64,000 bases of DNA from Octopus vulgaris (GCA_951406725.2 OX597828.1:806001-870000); one strand, 5' to 3'; numbered from the stretch's first letter, positions 9,213 through 21,829 are shown. A program made the numbers and translations. The notes: generated from the letters alone by a model not told the origin.

Positions 9213-9396
9213 AAAAGAATTCATCTACGGTTCTTGTGACAGTATGGCCTATATCCGAAAATTCTCCACCAGAACTGATCAAATGTTACTACAGAATACA
9301 CTTCAGGGACACGGGGGTGATGTTGTGGCATGTAAATGGAATCCCTTCATTAACAAATGGATTACAGCTGCGGAAGATGGAATCATCAGAATTTGG
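9213..9396 (+). CDS. WD40-repeat protein, internal exon A
   Basis: Acceptor ttttgctAG and donor GTaaaa. Encodes KEFIYGSCDSMAYIRKF...LQGHGGDVVACKWNPFINKWITAAEDGIIRIW, a GH...W WD repeat. Ends in phase 0. Confidence 0.88.
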
Positions 9397-9512
9397 GTAA
9401 AACTTTTTTCTTCGTTTCACGGTTTTTTAAATTGACTTGTGTGTGTGTGTTGCGTGTGTTTGTGCGTGTGTGTGTGCGTGCGTGCGTGCGTGTGTGTTTG
9501 TGTGTGTGTGTA

Positions 9513-9548
<36 letters not shown>

Positions 9549-10849
9549 ATATTGTGTATTATTGAGTTTTGTTTTCTGAATAAGATTATTCTCGATCTAA
9601 ACGTCAACGGTTCTTTTTGCTCCCGGAGCTTCAGACAGTCACCTTGCGCAAGACATTGATTCTCGCTGCTCTAGTCCACCTTACTAAGTATTGATGGAAT
9701 GAAGTTTACTTTTGAAAAGACAGAAATACTCGACTTCTGTATCCATAGATAACATTATCCATATCATTATCTAGAGATATTTTACTTTATTTTCTACATT
9801 CCGATAACTCACAAACCGGACGTCTCATTTCTCTTTGAAACCCAAATTTGTAATATTTTTCTCTGACACATCTATGTTGTCTAGGCTTCATCCTACACGC
9901 AAAATTTATCTTGAAAGGCGATTTTTTTCACTTATAAAGAACCTAATTCCTTGCTTACAACTAAACAAAACAACGTTGAAGCTTTGAAACAAGAAAATGA
10001 ATCCTTTGAGGACTTTAATGTGAAAAACTTGTCTTAGCTTTTTCATGGCGCCCAAACCAACACTGGCATAGCAGAAAGCGAATAATTTGCCAACCATATT
10101 AAACTGTACGCACCAGTTAGTTATCTGTATTACTCACAATTAGGCTAACGCAAAGTCACTCAGTTATCTTCCTTGCTATATCCATCTGAATGCTTCACAC
10201 AACCAAAGTCCTCCGTCGCACAAACCGTCAAATGGTTCGTTTGCAACTATACAAACATTTTTGGACACAACTTCAGACTGTCTGGGCGCATCCCCCACCA
10301 CCACACATACACATTGTAAAATTCATGGAGATTGGGGTTTTAGGTATTTTACAATAAATATGTCTCTCCTAATCAACAAATCGTCATTTGAGTCTCCCAA
10401 TCAACAATGGTACCTTGTTATTCCTAAAATTGCTATACGCGAATAATAGTAAAAATTGAGGACAAGACATTAAGGCACTTAAAAATAAGTATATATGGCA
10501 GGCAATTAAGGGATTAAATATAGGCATTTAAGGCACTAAAATAAGCATTTATACCACCAACAAATGTGGATTTAAACAAGTAAACGTAGCATTTATAAGG
10601 AACGTAGGTGTTTGTGGCACTAAAAATTAGTATTGTGTAACGAAGAGGAAGTACTGCATAACAAGATATGCTGATGGGATCGTAAATATAGTCATGAAGT
10701 GAGGGTTAAGCCTGTTTATTATTCAGTAGAAAGTGTTTATAACTCAAGTAATAAAATGAAATTAGTCAAAATGAAAATATTTATTACAACGTAAAATATG
10801 GTAACATAATTTTGCATTATTTGATTAATGGAATTTATAATCCATATGA

Positions 10850-11765
10850 AACAGAAAAGTTTTAATAAGCAAATATATAGATAGAAAAGAGAACACGCTT
10901 TCTAAAAATAAAACTTTAAGAACTTTTGCAATATCATTAATCTGTTGTCGGCTAGTATTGGCATCAATCACTTTTTGGCACTTTTTAGCTATGTGTCTGC
11001 CCCTCTCTCCGAGAGTACTCCTTACCTTTTCAACTGTGCTGTTAAACAAAGATAGAGCTCAGATTTTCTAAAGCTAATATAGTTTGTGGTAGTGTTTTAA
11101 AATGTGCAACAATAAAGAAGCGATCGCCATGAACACCGGAGTTACGAATCAAATCTTGGACAATACGTGTAGAAGAAGCTTAACGGTATCAACATTTGAG
11201 GAATAATATGCAGCAGCGATTATCCGCGTTCCCCATCTTGTGAGAATGGGTTACGGAGGTAAACTCAGTGTTGGTGCATGCTCGCAGAAAAGTTCACACT
11301 TACATGGAGATTTAAGAAATATATTTTTACCATTTTGCAATCAACCTGTCAGCATCTGGAAATTGTAAGCGTACTTCTTCGGAAATTCTATGCAATCCAT
11401 ATATTAAACATGTTACATGGATCATGCGACGAAGCAGTGTCTTTTTCATAAAAGATACAGCATCTGTCACAAATAGTAAGACATTGTCATACTTGAAACC
11501 ATCAGTCCATGGTAATGCTAAAGAAGAAGTGAATAGATGAGTGATAGAACTATTAATAGCAGTAAGAAATTCTGGTGTTAATAAATGCATATTAGGGCTA
11601 TCGGACTTTTCTAAAGTACCTACAATAACATTCACAAGGTACCTTCCCAACAAGTCAGTGGTTTCATCTATCGAAATTCAAATTCCAAGCAGCGATTATC
11701 CACATCCCCATCTTGTGAGAAGGGATTGCGGAGGTAAACTCAGTGTTGGTGCATATTCGCGAGAG
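10850..11765 (-). mobile_element. Decayed hAT-like (DUF659-type) DNA transposase fragment
   Basis: GRYLVNVIVG, VLLFVTDA, MIHVTCLIYGLHRISEEVR and LPP*PILTRWGT motifs with stops. A segment of about 75 bp (11212-11285) is duplicated at 11688-11760. Confidence 0.7.
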
Positions 11766-12294
11766 TGTGGTGTGTATATACTTAACTAGCTGAAAAGCCG
11801 CCCAACAGGGCAGCTTTTAAACTAGCTCCTGTGGAGAGCTCCTCATTAGGTCTTGGGACCCAACATGACACTTCATGCATTGAGTATATATTAAATTTTA
11901 TTAAATTTGAACAATATTTTTCAAGTAATGAACAATTTTCATCAAAACAATAATATAATTTGTCGACTTAGAATTTATTGCAAAGCTGTATGATAAACAA
12001 CAGTACCACCACCATCACCACCGCATCTGCAATCCACACACCATTCAGACTTTTGACGCCACTACCACCAATACATTTGACTTTGCCGCCTTTCCTTCCA
12101 TCACCACCACTGCTGTCTTTCACATCGCTTACTCTCATCGTTATTCCTGACCACAACTACCATCATCACCGCCGCCTCCACATCTATCACATATACAGCT
12201 CATGCTATTACTATCACCCCATTACCATCACAAAAAGGCTAAATGTGTTTGCAAAAGAATTCAATGTTCAGTATGTTTCTCAGTATGTTATATA

Positions 12295-12457
12295 TATTAT
12301 ATTATATTAGAGACAAAACCACTATTAGGCAAATCAAACAATGAAAGACTTAAGCCAATACATATGATTAATTTATATTATTTAAATATGTAACAAAATT
12401 AAGTCGTTCATTGTTTGATTTGCCTAATAGTGGTTTTGTCTCTAATATAATATAATA
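12295..12457. repeat. Fold-back inverted repeat (about 59-bp arms), probably a Penelope-like terminus
   Basis: TTAGAGACAAAACCACTATTAGGCAAATCAAACAATGAA and its reverse complement. Related to 25895-26175 and 51130-51195. Confidence 0.8.
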
Positions 12458-12533
12458 TAATATTTTACTATAAAATTGGATTCAATCCTAAATCTGATTT
12501 TTCCCTGTAAGTTTGGATTTATTCCCTAATATT

Positions 12534-12609
<76 letters not shown>

Positions 12610-12696
12610 AAGGGTAAAATCATAAATGATTTTTACCAAGTGGTCAGCACGGAAATGAAACCTTGTAGGTAAATTAATATAAATATTTTATAATAA

Positions 12697-12898
12697 TATA
12701 CATAATTATAACAAGGCCTTGGCTTGCACCTCACCACGCACTGAAAAATAGACGTCAAAAGACACTATTTCCACCGTAAATTCTCCGAGAAAAACACACT
12801 ACATATAGGCTAGTAGAAGAAAGAAAATAGTGTCTTTTGACGTCTAACTTTCAGTTCGTGGTGATGCGCAAGTCAAGCCCTTGTTACAATTATGTATA

Positions 12899-12899
<1 letters not shown>
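12697..12899. repeat. Imperfect inverted repeat (about 75-bp arms) between (TA)n tracts
   Basis: TAGACGTCAAAAGACACTATT / AATAGTGTCTTTTGACGTCTA plus flanking complementarity. Confidence 0.75.
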
Positions 12900-12967
<68 letters not shown>

Positions 12968-13064
12968 CGTCTTTTGTTTATTTCCGTAAACCTGCCTTCG
13001 CCTTTTGTCTATTTTCATAAAGCTTCCCGTTATATATATATATATATATATATATAATTATTAT

Positions 13065-13113
<49 letters not shown>

Positions 13114-13119
<6 letters not shown>

Positions 13120-13663
13120 TAAAGAGAGTTAACGTTAAATAGGTCAACTCTAGTGCTAGAAATAGCTCCTCCGGTTTAATCGCCGACGATACCTCCACAT
13201 AGAAATAACACTACCCTCAACGTAAGGAAAGTGAAATACAACTAAAAAGTGGATTAATGTTGTACAATTGTTTCTTTATCAATATAATATGCAAATTATA
13301 CTCACATATATATCTATAAATCATCAGCAACATTTGTCATCGATGCAATTTATCAGACCTACACGGGCGACGATTACCCATGCGGTCTGATCGATTACAT
13401 TCAGGGTTGTAGTTACAAATTCCCCGCCAAAAGCAAATGCTAAGACTTAGTGGAAGCGAATACCGCATGTAATATTTACTGCAGCATATCAAATTCATAA
13501 ATTCAAAAATGAGGGTGAAAAATTAGATATTAATTTAATAATACCCTTATTTTAACACCAAGCGACCTAGCACAATAAACCAGGGAGACAATACATATTT
13601 ATCCGTAAATATAAGAGAGTTAACGTTAAATAGGTTAACTCTAGTGCTAGAAATAGCTCCTCC

Positions 13664-13667
<4 letters not shown>
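13114..13667 (-). mobile_element. About 500-bp unit with a 55-bp terminal direct repeat and a hammerhead ribozyme (Penelope pLTR or retrozyme-like)
   Basis: AAGAGAGTTAACGTTAAATAGGTYAACTCTAGTGCTAGAAATAGCTCCTCCGGT at 13122-13176 and 13613-13667. (TA)n on both sides. Confidence 0.65.
13256..13334 (-). ncRNA. Type I hammerhead ribozyme
   Basis: Minus strand reads AAUGUUG-CUGAUGA-UUUAU...AUAAA-GAAA-C-AAUU-GUA-CAACAUU, with a 7-bp stem I and palindromic stem III. Confidence 0.8.
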
Positions 13668-13699
<32 letters not shown>

Positions 13700-13700
<1 letters not shown>

Positions 13701-15047
13701 CTTAGAATAACTTAGAAAGGTTTTAGCCAGTATTGGCCCAGGCTATGTCTAACTTAATAGCACCACCTGGTGAAGTTTTTCAATTCAGGATTTGGGCACC
13801 AAGGCCCATTCGAGCAGAGAGTTATTGTTTGCGGAGACATATCCGGGTGTGGGTGGTTTGTCCGGGACTGTTTGAAGGAATTTGTCCAAAATCTTCTTGA
13901 ATTTTGTGTAGTCAGTTTCTGTTTTGACGTGTCTTGGTGTAATGTTGAAGAGGGCGGGTCCAATTGAGGTGAAATAATTGTGCAGTAATGTTGTTATGAG
14001 ATGCGATTGAGATTTTTGTTGTGGACGGATGGCACGGGGTCCGAGTCTTGGATGTATTTTGAAGGTGATACCAACATCATTTGGACAGTGCTGATGGAAT
14101 ATTTTCCACATCATACAGATGATGTAGCGTTCACGGCGTGAATACAGTTTCAGCTTTTCCAGTCGATCCCAGTAGTCAAGGTCTGACATGCCATCTATCT
14201 TTTTCGTGATTGACCTTTGGGGAGCTTCAACTTTCATAATATTTTGTTTTGTGTAGGGAGACCACAGTGGACAGCAGTATTCAAGGTGGGGTCGGGCAAA
14301 AGTAGAGAAGAGAAGGATAATAGTGTGGGAATCTCTCGACTGGAAAGTTCTGAGAATCCAGGAACACATTCTGCGGGCCATGTCAACTTTGCTGCTTATA
14401 TGTGTAGCCCAGCTTATGTTGTTGTCCACAGTTACTCCCAGGTCTCTGATGTTGTTAGACGCCATGAGAGTTTCACCAGAAGGAAGGGAGTATGGGAGTT
14501 TCAGAGCGTCCTCCCTTCCAAAGTGGATCAATTCGAATTTGTCTTCGTTTAGCAACATGTTGTTCTTTTCCGCCCATTGGACAACAGCCAGTAGGTCTGA
14601 CTGAAGGTTTATTCGGTCATCCACGCCATTGATGACCTTCTGGAGCTTGGAATCATCAGCTAAGATTCTGATGTTACTATATTTGATGATGTCAGTGATG
14701 TCATTAATGTAGATGATGAAGAGAAGTGGGCCCAACACAGTGCCTTGTGGGACACCACTACTGACTTTGGCTGGGCTGGATTTGACTCCTTCGACTACAA
14801 CATGTTGGGTTCTGTTAGACAGGAAGCACTTGATCCACTGCAGTAGCTTTCCAGTGACACCAATATTGGACAGCTTTCTCAAAAGGATCTTATGATCAAC
14901 CCTGTCAAAGGCCTTGCTGAAATCAAGGTAGATAACATCAGTGTTGGAACCCTCTCCCAAGGCTCTCAAAATGTCATAGAAGTGATACAGTAGCTGCGTC
15001 AGACAATCCCTTCCATTACGGAATCCATGCTGGTTGGAGTTCAGCAT
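13700..15047 (-). mobile_element. 5'-truncated CR1-group LINE (RT C-terminal part and 3' tail)
   Basis: QHGFR, YLDFSKAFDRV, SGVPQGTVLGPLLF, ADD, RPHLEYC..WSP. The tail ends in TTCTAAGTTA repeats. Confidence 0.85.
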
Positions 15048-15593
15048 ATATATAATCCTTTATCTTTCTGTCTGTTCCCAATATATTCTAAAATGGATCA
15101 ACCACATCAAATCAAATTTTACATGGTAATACTATGAGACCCCGTGAGTGTCAACATGTAATTCTGGGGGAATTAAAATAATCCAACATTGGCATTGGTT
15201 CCGTATTACGCCTCAAAACTCGGAGAATAAAAATGAAAGAAAAACATCTGTATTGTAATGTGATATATTGTTTCCCTTCCATACTTTTAATTTTAATAAC
15301 CACGACGACGATGTGAGTGTATAAGTGTGTAGATGTCTCACAGCCTGTGTGTCTTTCCACGTTAGGTACGTTATTAAATATATTGTTTCATTTTTATACT
15401 TTAAATTCTAACCACCACTACCACCACCACGACAACCTTACATTTTGTATATGACTATGTATCTGTCTGTCTGTGACGGTATGAGTGTGTATGTTTCACA
15501 GTGTGTATCTTTCCGCGTTAGGTACGTTATTAAACATACTATATGTATTTGAGGGTAGTATATAAGATATAATATATAACATATAATTGACAG

Positions 15594-15709
15594 TCTTCAA
15601 CAGGATTGTGCAATTGTGAACAAGTTCTATCGGCCCATGGATCTATCTATAGCCTCATAATCGACAAGCTGAATGGAAATCTTATTGCTGCGGTTCAAAA
15701 CACAATCAA
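15594..15709 (+). CDS. WD40-repeat protein, exon B
   Basis: Acceptor ttgacAG and donor GTatgt. Encodes SSTGLCNCEQVLSAHGSIYSLIIDKLNGNLIAAVQNTI(K). Phase 0 in and phase 2 out, compatible with both neighbours. Confidence 0.85.
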
Positions 15710-15767
15710 GTATGTATGTTGTATTTTAATTATCTCAAGTGTGTCTGTAAGAAATGAGCTGGTTTCT

Positions 15768-16090
15768 AACAAAGATTATTAAAATGTATATAACATAAAC
15801 AAAGTAACATATTGAACTTGAGGAAAGTCTTGTATATTTTTACTGTTCCGCTTAAAGATTGTATTTGCAACGTGCATGTTAGCTGGCTGATTTCTTTTTC
15901 TGAAAACTCCAGTTTACCCAGATTCTCTCTTAGGCATTTACTCAGAAAACCAAGTGTACCAATTATTAATGGTATAAATGTGAACTTATAATCTGGGAAT
16001 AGAAGTTTGAGGTTTGGAATCAGTTGTTCGTAGTTATCCCCTTTCTCTTTAATTTTCGAAGAGATATTCACATAAGCAGGACAGTTCATA
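15768..16090 (-). mobile_element. 3' fragment of an RLE-type non-LTR element (R4/Dong-like)
   Basis: CPAYVNISSKIKEKGDNYEQL...FIPLIIGTLG resembles the C-terminus of a restriction-like endonuclease. Adjacent to (CATA)n. Confidence 0.6.
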
Positions 16091-17289
16091 TTTATGTTTG
16101 CACTCAGCATGTATGTATGTATGTATGTATGTATGCATGCATGCATGCATGTATGTATGTATGTATGTATGTATGCATGCATGCGTGTATGTATGTCAGG
16201 TCACACTTAGTGCTGCTGCTAACACGTAACTCAGTACAAGATATCGCATGATCAAACCGTCAGCGTTTAAACCGGAAAACCTACCAGGCCTGCTTAGTAG
16301 GAAGGGATATTTTCCTTGGACACTCGGGAGGACGAAAAAACCTGTCTTAGGACGGATTAACTCTAATAGAGTTCACGGCCATCCAACAGATGAGAGTGTG
16401 AGACCATTAGTTTTTATTTAGATATCTCTCAAGGAAAAGGAAATTCCGAAACCCGCCTCATTGCTAAGTCGGGGATCTTGCCTTTGCTTGTTTCTGGACT
16501 GCTTGGTTTTCTAGGTGAGGGTCTTAGAGGTGTTCAGTTAGTTGTTATTGACTTTAAATTTCATCATGAGCACTGCTGACAGCCATTGTCTTTAACACTT
16601 AGGATAAGATTATTTATTAGTAATGATTATACTTATGCTCCTCTACGAGTATGTATGTTCTCAAGTATGTATTTTTGTACACATGTATATATGTTTATAT
16701 GTATGTAAGGCGAAGAACTAGAAGAATATTAGAGGCGCGATATACGTTCCAATACCGACCAGATCGAATTTGCCTTTCACCCAAACAGGAAATTTTCGTC
16801 CGGACTTTCGCTATATATGAGAATATTGATAGAAGCTTGTAACAATATCTTTAATATGACTTCACCTATTTTAATATTCCGCCAAAAATAGGTAACTTTT
16901 CTACGAATATAGGTTCAGTTAACTAAAAGTGTTTTGATATTATTACGGGACAGGAACATATTGAATTCAAGAATGATAATTCTTTACAATCGTTTGCACA
17001 AGCCGAGATATTAGCTAAGTAGTTATCAGCAAAAGAAATCCGTCGTAAATAATTTTCACCGTTTATTTTCTGAATACTATCATATTATTGGTTTCATTTT
17101 CATTTATGTTTTCTTGTTCTTTACTTATCCTTCTTTTCTTTGTTGCAATCTTGAGTATTTCACGGATGGAGAGCAATTTCCGACAGTGTTTTGACTGTTG
17201 GCATTATTTTTCTATTACTATTCACTCTATTAAGTTTAAGGCCAATAGTTTGAGCATTCTCTGCCAGTATGTGTGTCTTGGTCAAGCTA

Positions 17290-17620
17290 CATTCGTAGGT
17301 GGATGGTAGCATGACCATGTCTATCGAAATGACACGATTAAGACGATAACGGGCATCAACAGCATCACTTACGAAACAGGACGCAGATGCTGGAATTGGA
17401 TCGGACACGTTCTCAGAAAAGATCGAGAAAGCAATTCTATGGTGACACTAATGTAACAGCAGCTGAGGGTGGGAGTGGGGAGTGAAGAGCAGCAGAACAC
17501 TATAAAGCACATGGCAAAGGATCATTGACAAGGAAAGGAGACAAAAAGTGGGAGAGAAGTTGGAATGAGACGAGAACAGTAGCTGAAAATACAGCCAGTT
17601 GGAGATCTCGTGTTACAGCT
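17290..17620 (+). mobile_element. Decayed RTE-clade LINE 3' fragment
   Basis: RRRCWNWIGHVLRKD motif with stops and frameshifts. Confidence 0.55.
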
Positions 17621-17759
17621 TTATGTGTTTCATGACACGGAAAGAACCAGCTAACATTTGAAACAAAAATTTGAATGCAAATGGCTTATATAAACACACG
17701 CACACGCGCGTGCACACACACACACATATATATATGCACACACGCACACACACCACACA

Positions 17760-18800
17760 CATGCATATGAGGCATATAACACTATTGTACAAAATCTTTC
17801 TATGCTCACTAGAAATCCAAAAATGAACAACATTCTGAAAACACAAACTCATCAAAAGCAAAATTCAACACCAATCGCTAAAGAGACTTCTAACAAATGC
17901 GAAGCTTTGCACAAAAACCACGAAGCCAACGGTTAAAAAATATGGACGCCCAAACTGTGGAACGTGCCCCAAACTGTGGAAGCCTCAGAATTCATTTTCA
18001 AACAAGGAGAAAGATTCACGATTAAAACCAACTTCACTTGCGCCACTGGGAATCTAATTTATGTTATAACTTCCTCAGGTTGTGGACATAACTATATAGG
18101 ACAGACAAGTATGACACTGAAACAGAGAACCACACTACATAAAGAACAGATCCGATTCCCGCAATACAGACAAATTCCTTTGAGGGAACACATAGAGCGA
18201 TTTGCCGGTAATATTCAACCAAACATCACAATTTTCCCCATCTACCAGTGCAAAGAAACAATTTATATACAAGAACGTCTAAATAAAGAAAATTTATTGA
18301 TTGAAAAATACAGAACGCGTGTAAATATGTACCCATAGCCAACTTTCATGTAATCAATTCATGATTACATGCATATTTCTCCTCAGTACTTTAGCTTTTG
18401 AATTATTCTGTATATTTTTCCTTCTCTAAAAGATTAACAATTACCTCCCCTGTCCCCAATGGTAAAGATCACCAATTACCTCTCCTTAGATTTTCCTACT
18501 TGTTGAATCATTCAGTTATAAACTTCTCCCCACACAACATGAACTAAAATCTTAAGAAAATACAAAAGTACAATAATATCAATGTCATGATTAGCGAAAG
18601 CGAAACCGGTCGACTAACACAATATCAAATACATTAAAACTATGTAAAGTGTGTGCATTGTTCTTCGGCTTAACAGCCCTTCTTGTTTGTGTTACTGTTA
18701 TTCTCCTTGTCCTGTCTTTTACTGTTTATATTTTGTACAGTCGTTACTGTCCTGTTTTTGTTACCATTTTTACCCCTCCGCAAAAAATCTCAAATTTTAT
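17760..18800 (+). mobile_element. Penelope-like element 3' part (GIY-YIG endonuclease plus pLTR)
   Basis: FTCATGNLIYVITSSGCGHNYIGQT...HKEQI...ERLNKE in ORF 17964-18338, with a hammerhead-like motif downstream. Confidence 0.85.
18584..18614 (+). ncRNA. Minimal hammerhead ribozyme variant (A3-U8)
   Basis: GUC-AUGAUUA-GC GAAA GC-GAAA-CCG-GUC-GAC. Confidence 0.55.
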
Positions 18801-19160
18801 TTAATTTGATTTTCGCGGGAAGGATTGTTTCATTAAAGTCATGTATCGCCTTGACCTTCGAAACGTGGAGTAGATGAAACAAAGGCGACTGAAGAAGGGG
18901 AATTTTCCTTGTTTTGTATGTCCTGTACTCTATTTTTTCGTTGTTTAAGAAAAATGTCCATTTCCTTGGTTTTGTGTTTATGTTTTCGTTTCTCATTGTG
19001 TTCGACGTTTTTTTTGGTGTCCTGTACCCATATATGCATGTATATATATACATGTAGAGGTAGGTACGTACATATATGTATGTATATATGCATATGTTTT
19101 TTTTATTTATTAATTTATATATATATATTGAGAGTGTAATATATTATTTATTGCTTGCAG

Positions 19161-19254
19161 AGTGTTTGATATTGAAAGTTACTGCGTTGTCCAGGTGAAT
19201 GTAGGCCACAATGATATAATAAAAGACATCATCCATGTACCCAGCAGAAACCAG
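19161..19254 (+). CDS. WD40-repeat protein, exon C
   Basis: Acceptor ttgcttgcAG and donor GTaaaa. Encodes VFDIESYCVVQVNVGHNDIIKDIIHVPSRNQ. Phases are compatible. Confidence 0.85.
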
Positions 19255-19292
19255 GTAAAATTATGAGTGTGTGTGTATATGTGTATATATAT

Positions 19293-19569
19293 ATATTACA
19301 TTATATAATTAGGGCTTAGTAAAATAAATACTTTGCCACATACTGAACTTAGTAGAAATAGCAGCCAAAAAAATTGTTTTAGCCATTTCTACTACTTAAA
19401 AGAAAATTTCTCTCAGATAATGTTTACATTAATGTAAACATTATCTGAGAGAAATTTTCTTTTAAGTAGTAGAAATGGCTAAAAAAATTTTTTTGGCTGC
19501 TATTTCTACTAAGATCAGTATGTGGCAAAGTAATTTATTTTACTAAGCCCTAATTATATAATGTAATAT
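19293..19569. repeat. Near-perfect spacerless palindrome, about 138-bp arms
   Basis: Centre TGTTTACATT|AATGTAAACA at 19430/19431, with few mismatches in the arms. Confidence 0.92.
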
Positions 19570-19651
19570 TTTGAATTCGCCTTAAATGGTCCTTTACATA
19601 CTGAACACTTGGTGAAATTGATTAATTAATTAATTTTACCCTCAATTGTTG

Positions 19652-19711
<60 letters not shown>

Positions 19712-20769
19712 TGTATGTCGAAAAAAGGAGGAACTCAGAAATAGCGCTTTCGTTCGTTTACAAAACGAAAATTAAAACCAAAATGATAAAAACAGACCGT
19801 TTCTTCGTCTTTTTACGTGAATCGGGTAATTTTTTGCTTTGTTTAGTAGAGGAAAAAATTTCTTTGTTGTTTGAAGAGGGGAAAAAGGTGGAAATCAAGA
19901 AAGCATAACAAAGAGGGGGTAAGATAGACAGAGAGAGAAAGAGGGTTACTTTTCAATTATATTGTTTGTTTAGAAGGGGAAAAAATTTTCTTTTTTTTCT
20001 GAAGAAAAGAGAGGAAGAAAAGTAAGGAGCAGCGATATCGAGAAAGAGGAAGAAAAGCAAAGAGTGGGGAAAGGATAGACAGAGGCAAGTTTCTTATTAA
20101 TTTGTGATCAACCCATTCAAATTTCATTACAAGGCATCTTTTTTTCCTCCTCTTTCCTTTCTCATTGTACACCTATCAACATATTTGTAAAAATACACAT
20201 TTTCTCATAGTAGATGGTAGTGGCTAAATGACCTTTGAAGGTGTCAGTTTTAGGAAGTAAGATGGAAAAGATAAGAAAATAGAGGAAGAAGAAAAATAAT
20301 TTTTTTACTCCTAAGTGGGGGCAGTCACACTATAAAGTGAGACAATAAAAGGTGTTCAAAGACCAATGAAAATGTACATTCGTTCACACTTGTAGAGTCA
20401 AATCTCATATTTTGTGTATTTCCATGTTTTGCACAAACAGACACTAAATGTTAGTACAACATTGATAAATTAGGAAAATAAAGGCAGAATATAAAAAATA
20501 ATTTGAGTACGGTACTGTTTATAATTCAATTTATTCTCTATAAAACATCATGAATGAGTTGTGTTATAAAATGTACATTGTATAATTAGGTAGAAACTAC
20601 TCTAAGATATAAATTATATAACAAAGCAGGACCTGCTTAAATATATTTTTGTGTATCTTTCAACATTTTGTAGAATTTATTTTCCTTGCTTGTTTAAATA
20701 AGATGATTCAAAAGAGACATTTTTACATGAATTACTTTGCCAAGTAGCTACCTTAGACTTCCGTACTAA

Positions 20770-21599
20770 TCTTCTTTCAAACACTTAATTTTGGGGAGTA
20801 TTTTTTGATGAAAAGTAGTTCCATTGCCTTTCCAAACTTTGGGTTATCTCTTGAACATTTGTAGAAGGGGAAAGTTTTAAATTTTTTTCACCGCATTTTT
20901 CTAGATACTTGCTCAGTGAAATCTTACGTAGTCCCTCTTGTCGGATTCGCTGTCTGTTCTTGCACGTTGGCAAAGGGAGTTATTTGTTTCGCCAATATAA
21001 TTTTCCTTGCAGCTGGGGCAAGTGATACAGTATATAAGATTCTGTGTCTTGCAGTACATATCTGCATTTACTTTCAACTAGAATCTACTCTTGGATTCTA
21101 TGTGAGAATCACTTTCTAAATATTTGAAGCTGTTGTTGTTGTTGTTTTGTAGTTGTTGTTGCATACGGAGAATTCTAATTCATTCTCTGATGTGAATTTT
21201 GCCCTTGTGAGGTGTCTTTTAAGATTTTTTAGGTGGCGTTTATTGTTTCGTAAGAGGTTTTCATCAATCAGATTTTTCATTTTAGGGCTTTGTAGAAGTA
21301 TTGGTAGGTTTGATTTTGTGGTGTGAAAAATGTTGGTTACTCCAGGATTGTGCATATTGATAAATGGAATCGTGTGTTCTTCAATTTTTTGCTTTGGTGT
21401 CCTTAGTCGTGTGATGTTCAACTTCATCACCTTTTTGATTCCATCATTTATTAATTCTAAGGAGTAATTCTGTTTTCTTAGGAAGCCTTTGAGTTCATTA
21501 AGTCGGATTTGACGTATTTTGAGGTCAGTTACTAAAGAACAGTAACTTCTTGCCATACTGCATGGGATGTTCCTTTTGATGTGTGAGGGATTGCAAGAG

Positions 21600-21600
<1 letters not shown>
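20770..21600 (-). mobile_element. Penelope-like element fragment (RT C-terminus, linker, GIY-YIG), decayed
   Basis: SSCNPSHIKRNIP...LRKQNY...NLKRHLTRAKF, followed by GIY-YIG remnants (LIYCITCP, HRQQIR). Confidence 0.8.
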
Positions 21601-21637
<37 letters not shown>

Positions 21638-21727
21638 ATTCATTGTTGTTTGTTTTGCTTTCAATAAGTGATATTGTTGACCGCAATATAGAAGACTTAC
21701 ATTTCTTTTATCTTTCTTTGTGCACAG

Positions 21728-21829
21728 TACGTTTCATGTTCCTGGGACCAGACTGTTCGAGTATGGAAAGCATGGATGAAAAAAGCTCCTAGAACTTTAA
21801 ACAGAACATTTCAAAATTCAACGATTTAA
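21728..21829 (+). CDS. WD40-repeat protein, last coding exon
   Basis: Polypyrimidine tract plus cacAG. Encodes YVSCSWDQTVRVWKAWMKKAPRTLNRTFQNSTI*, completing the WD repeat begun in exon C. Confidence 0.85.
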   Translation, partial: YVSCSWDQTVRVWKAWMKKAPRTLNRTFQNSTI

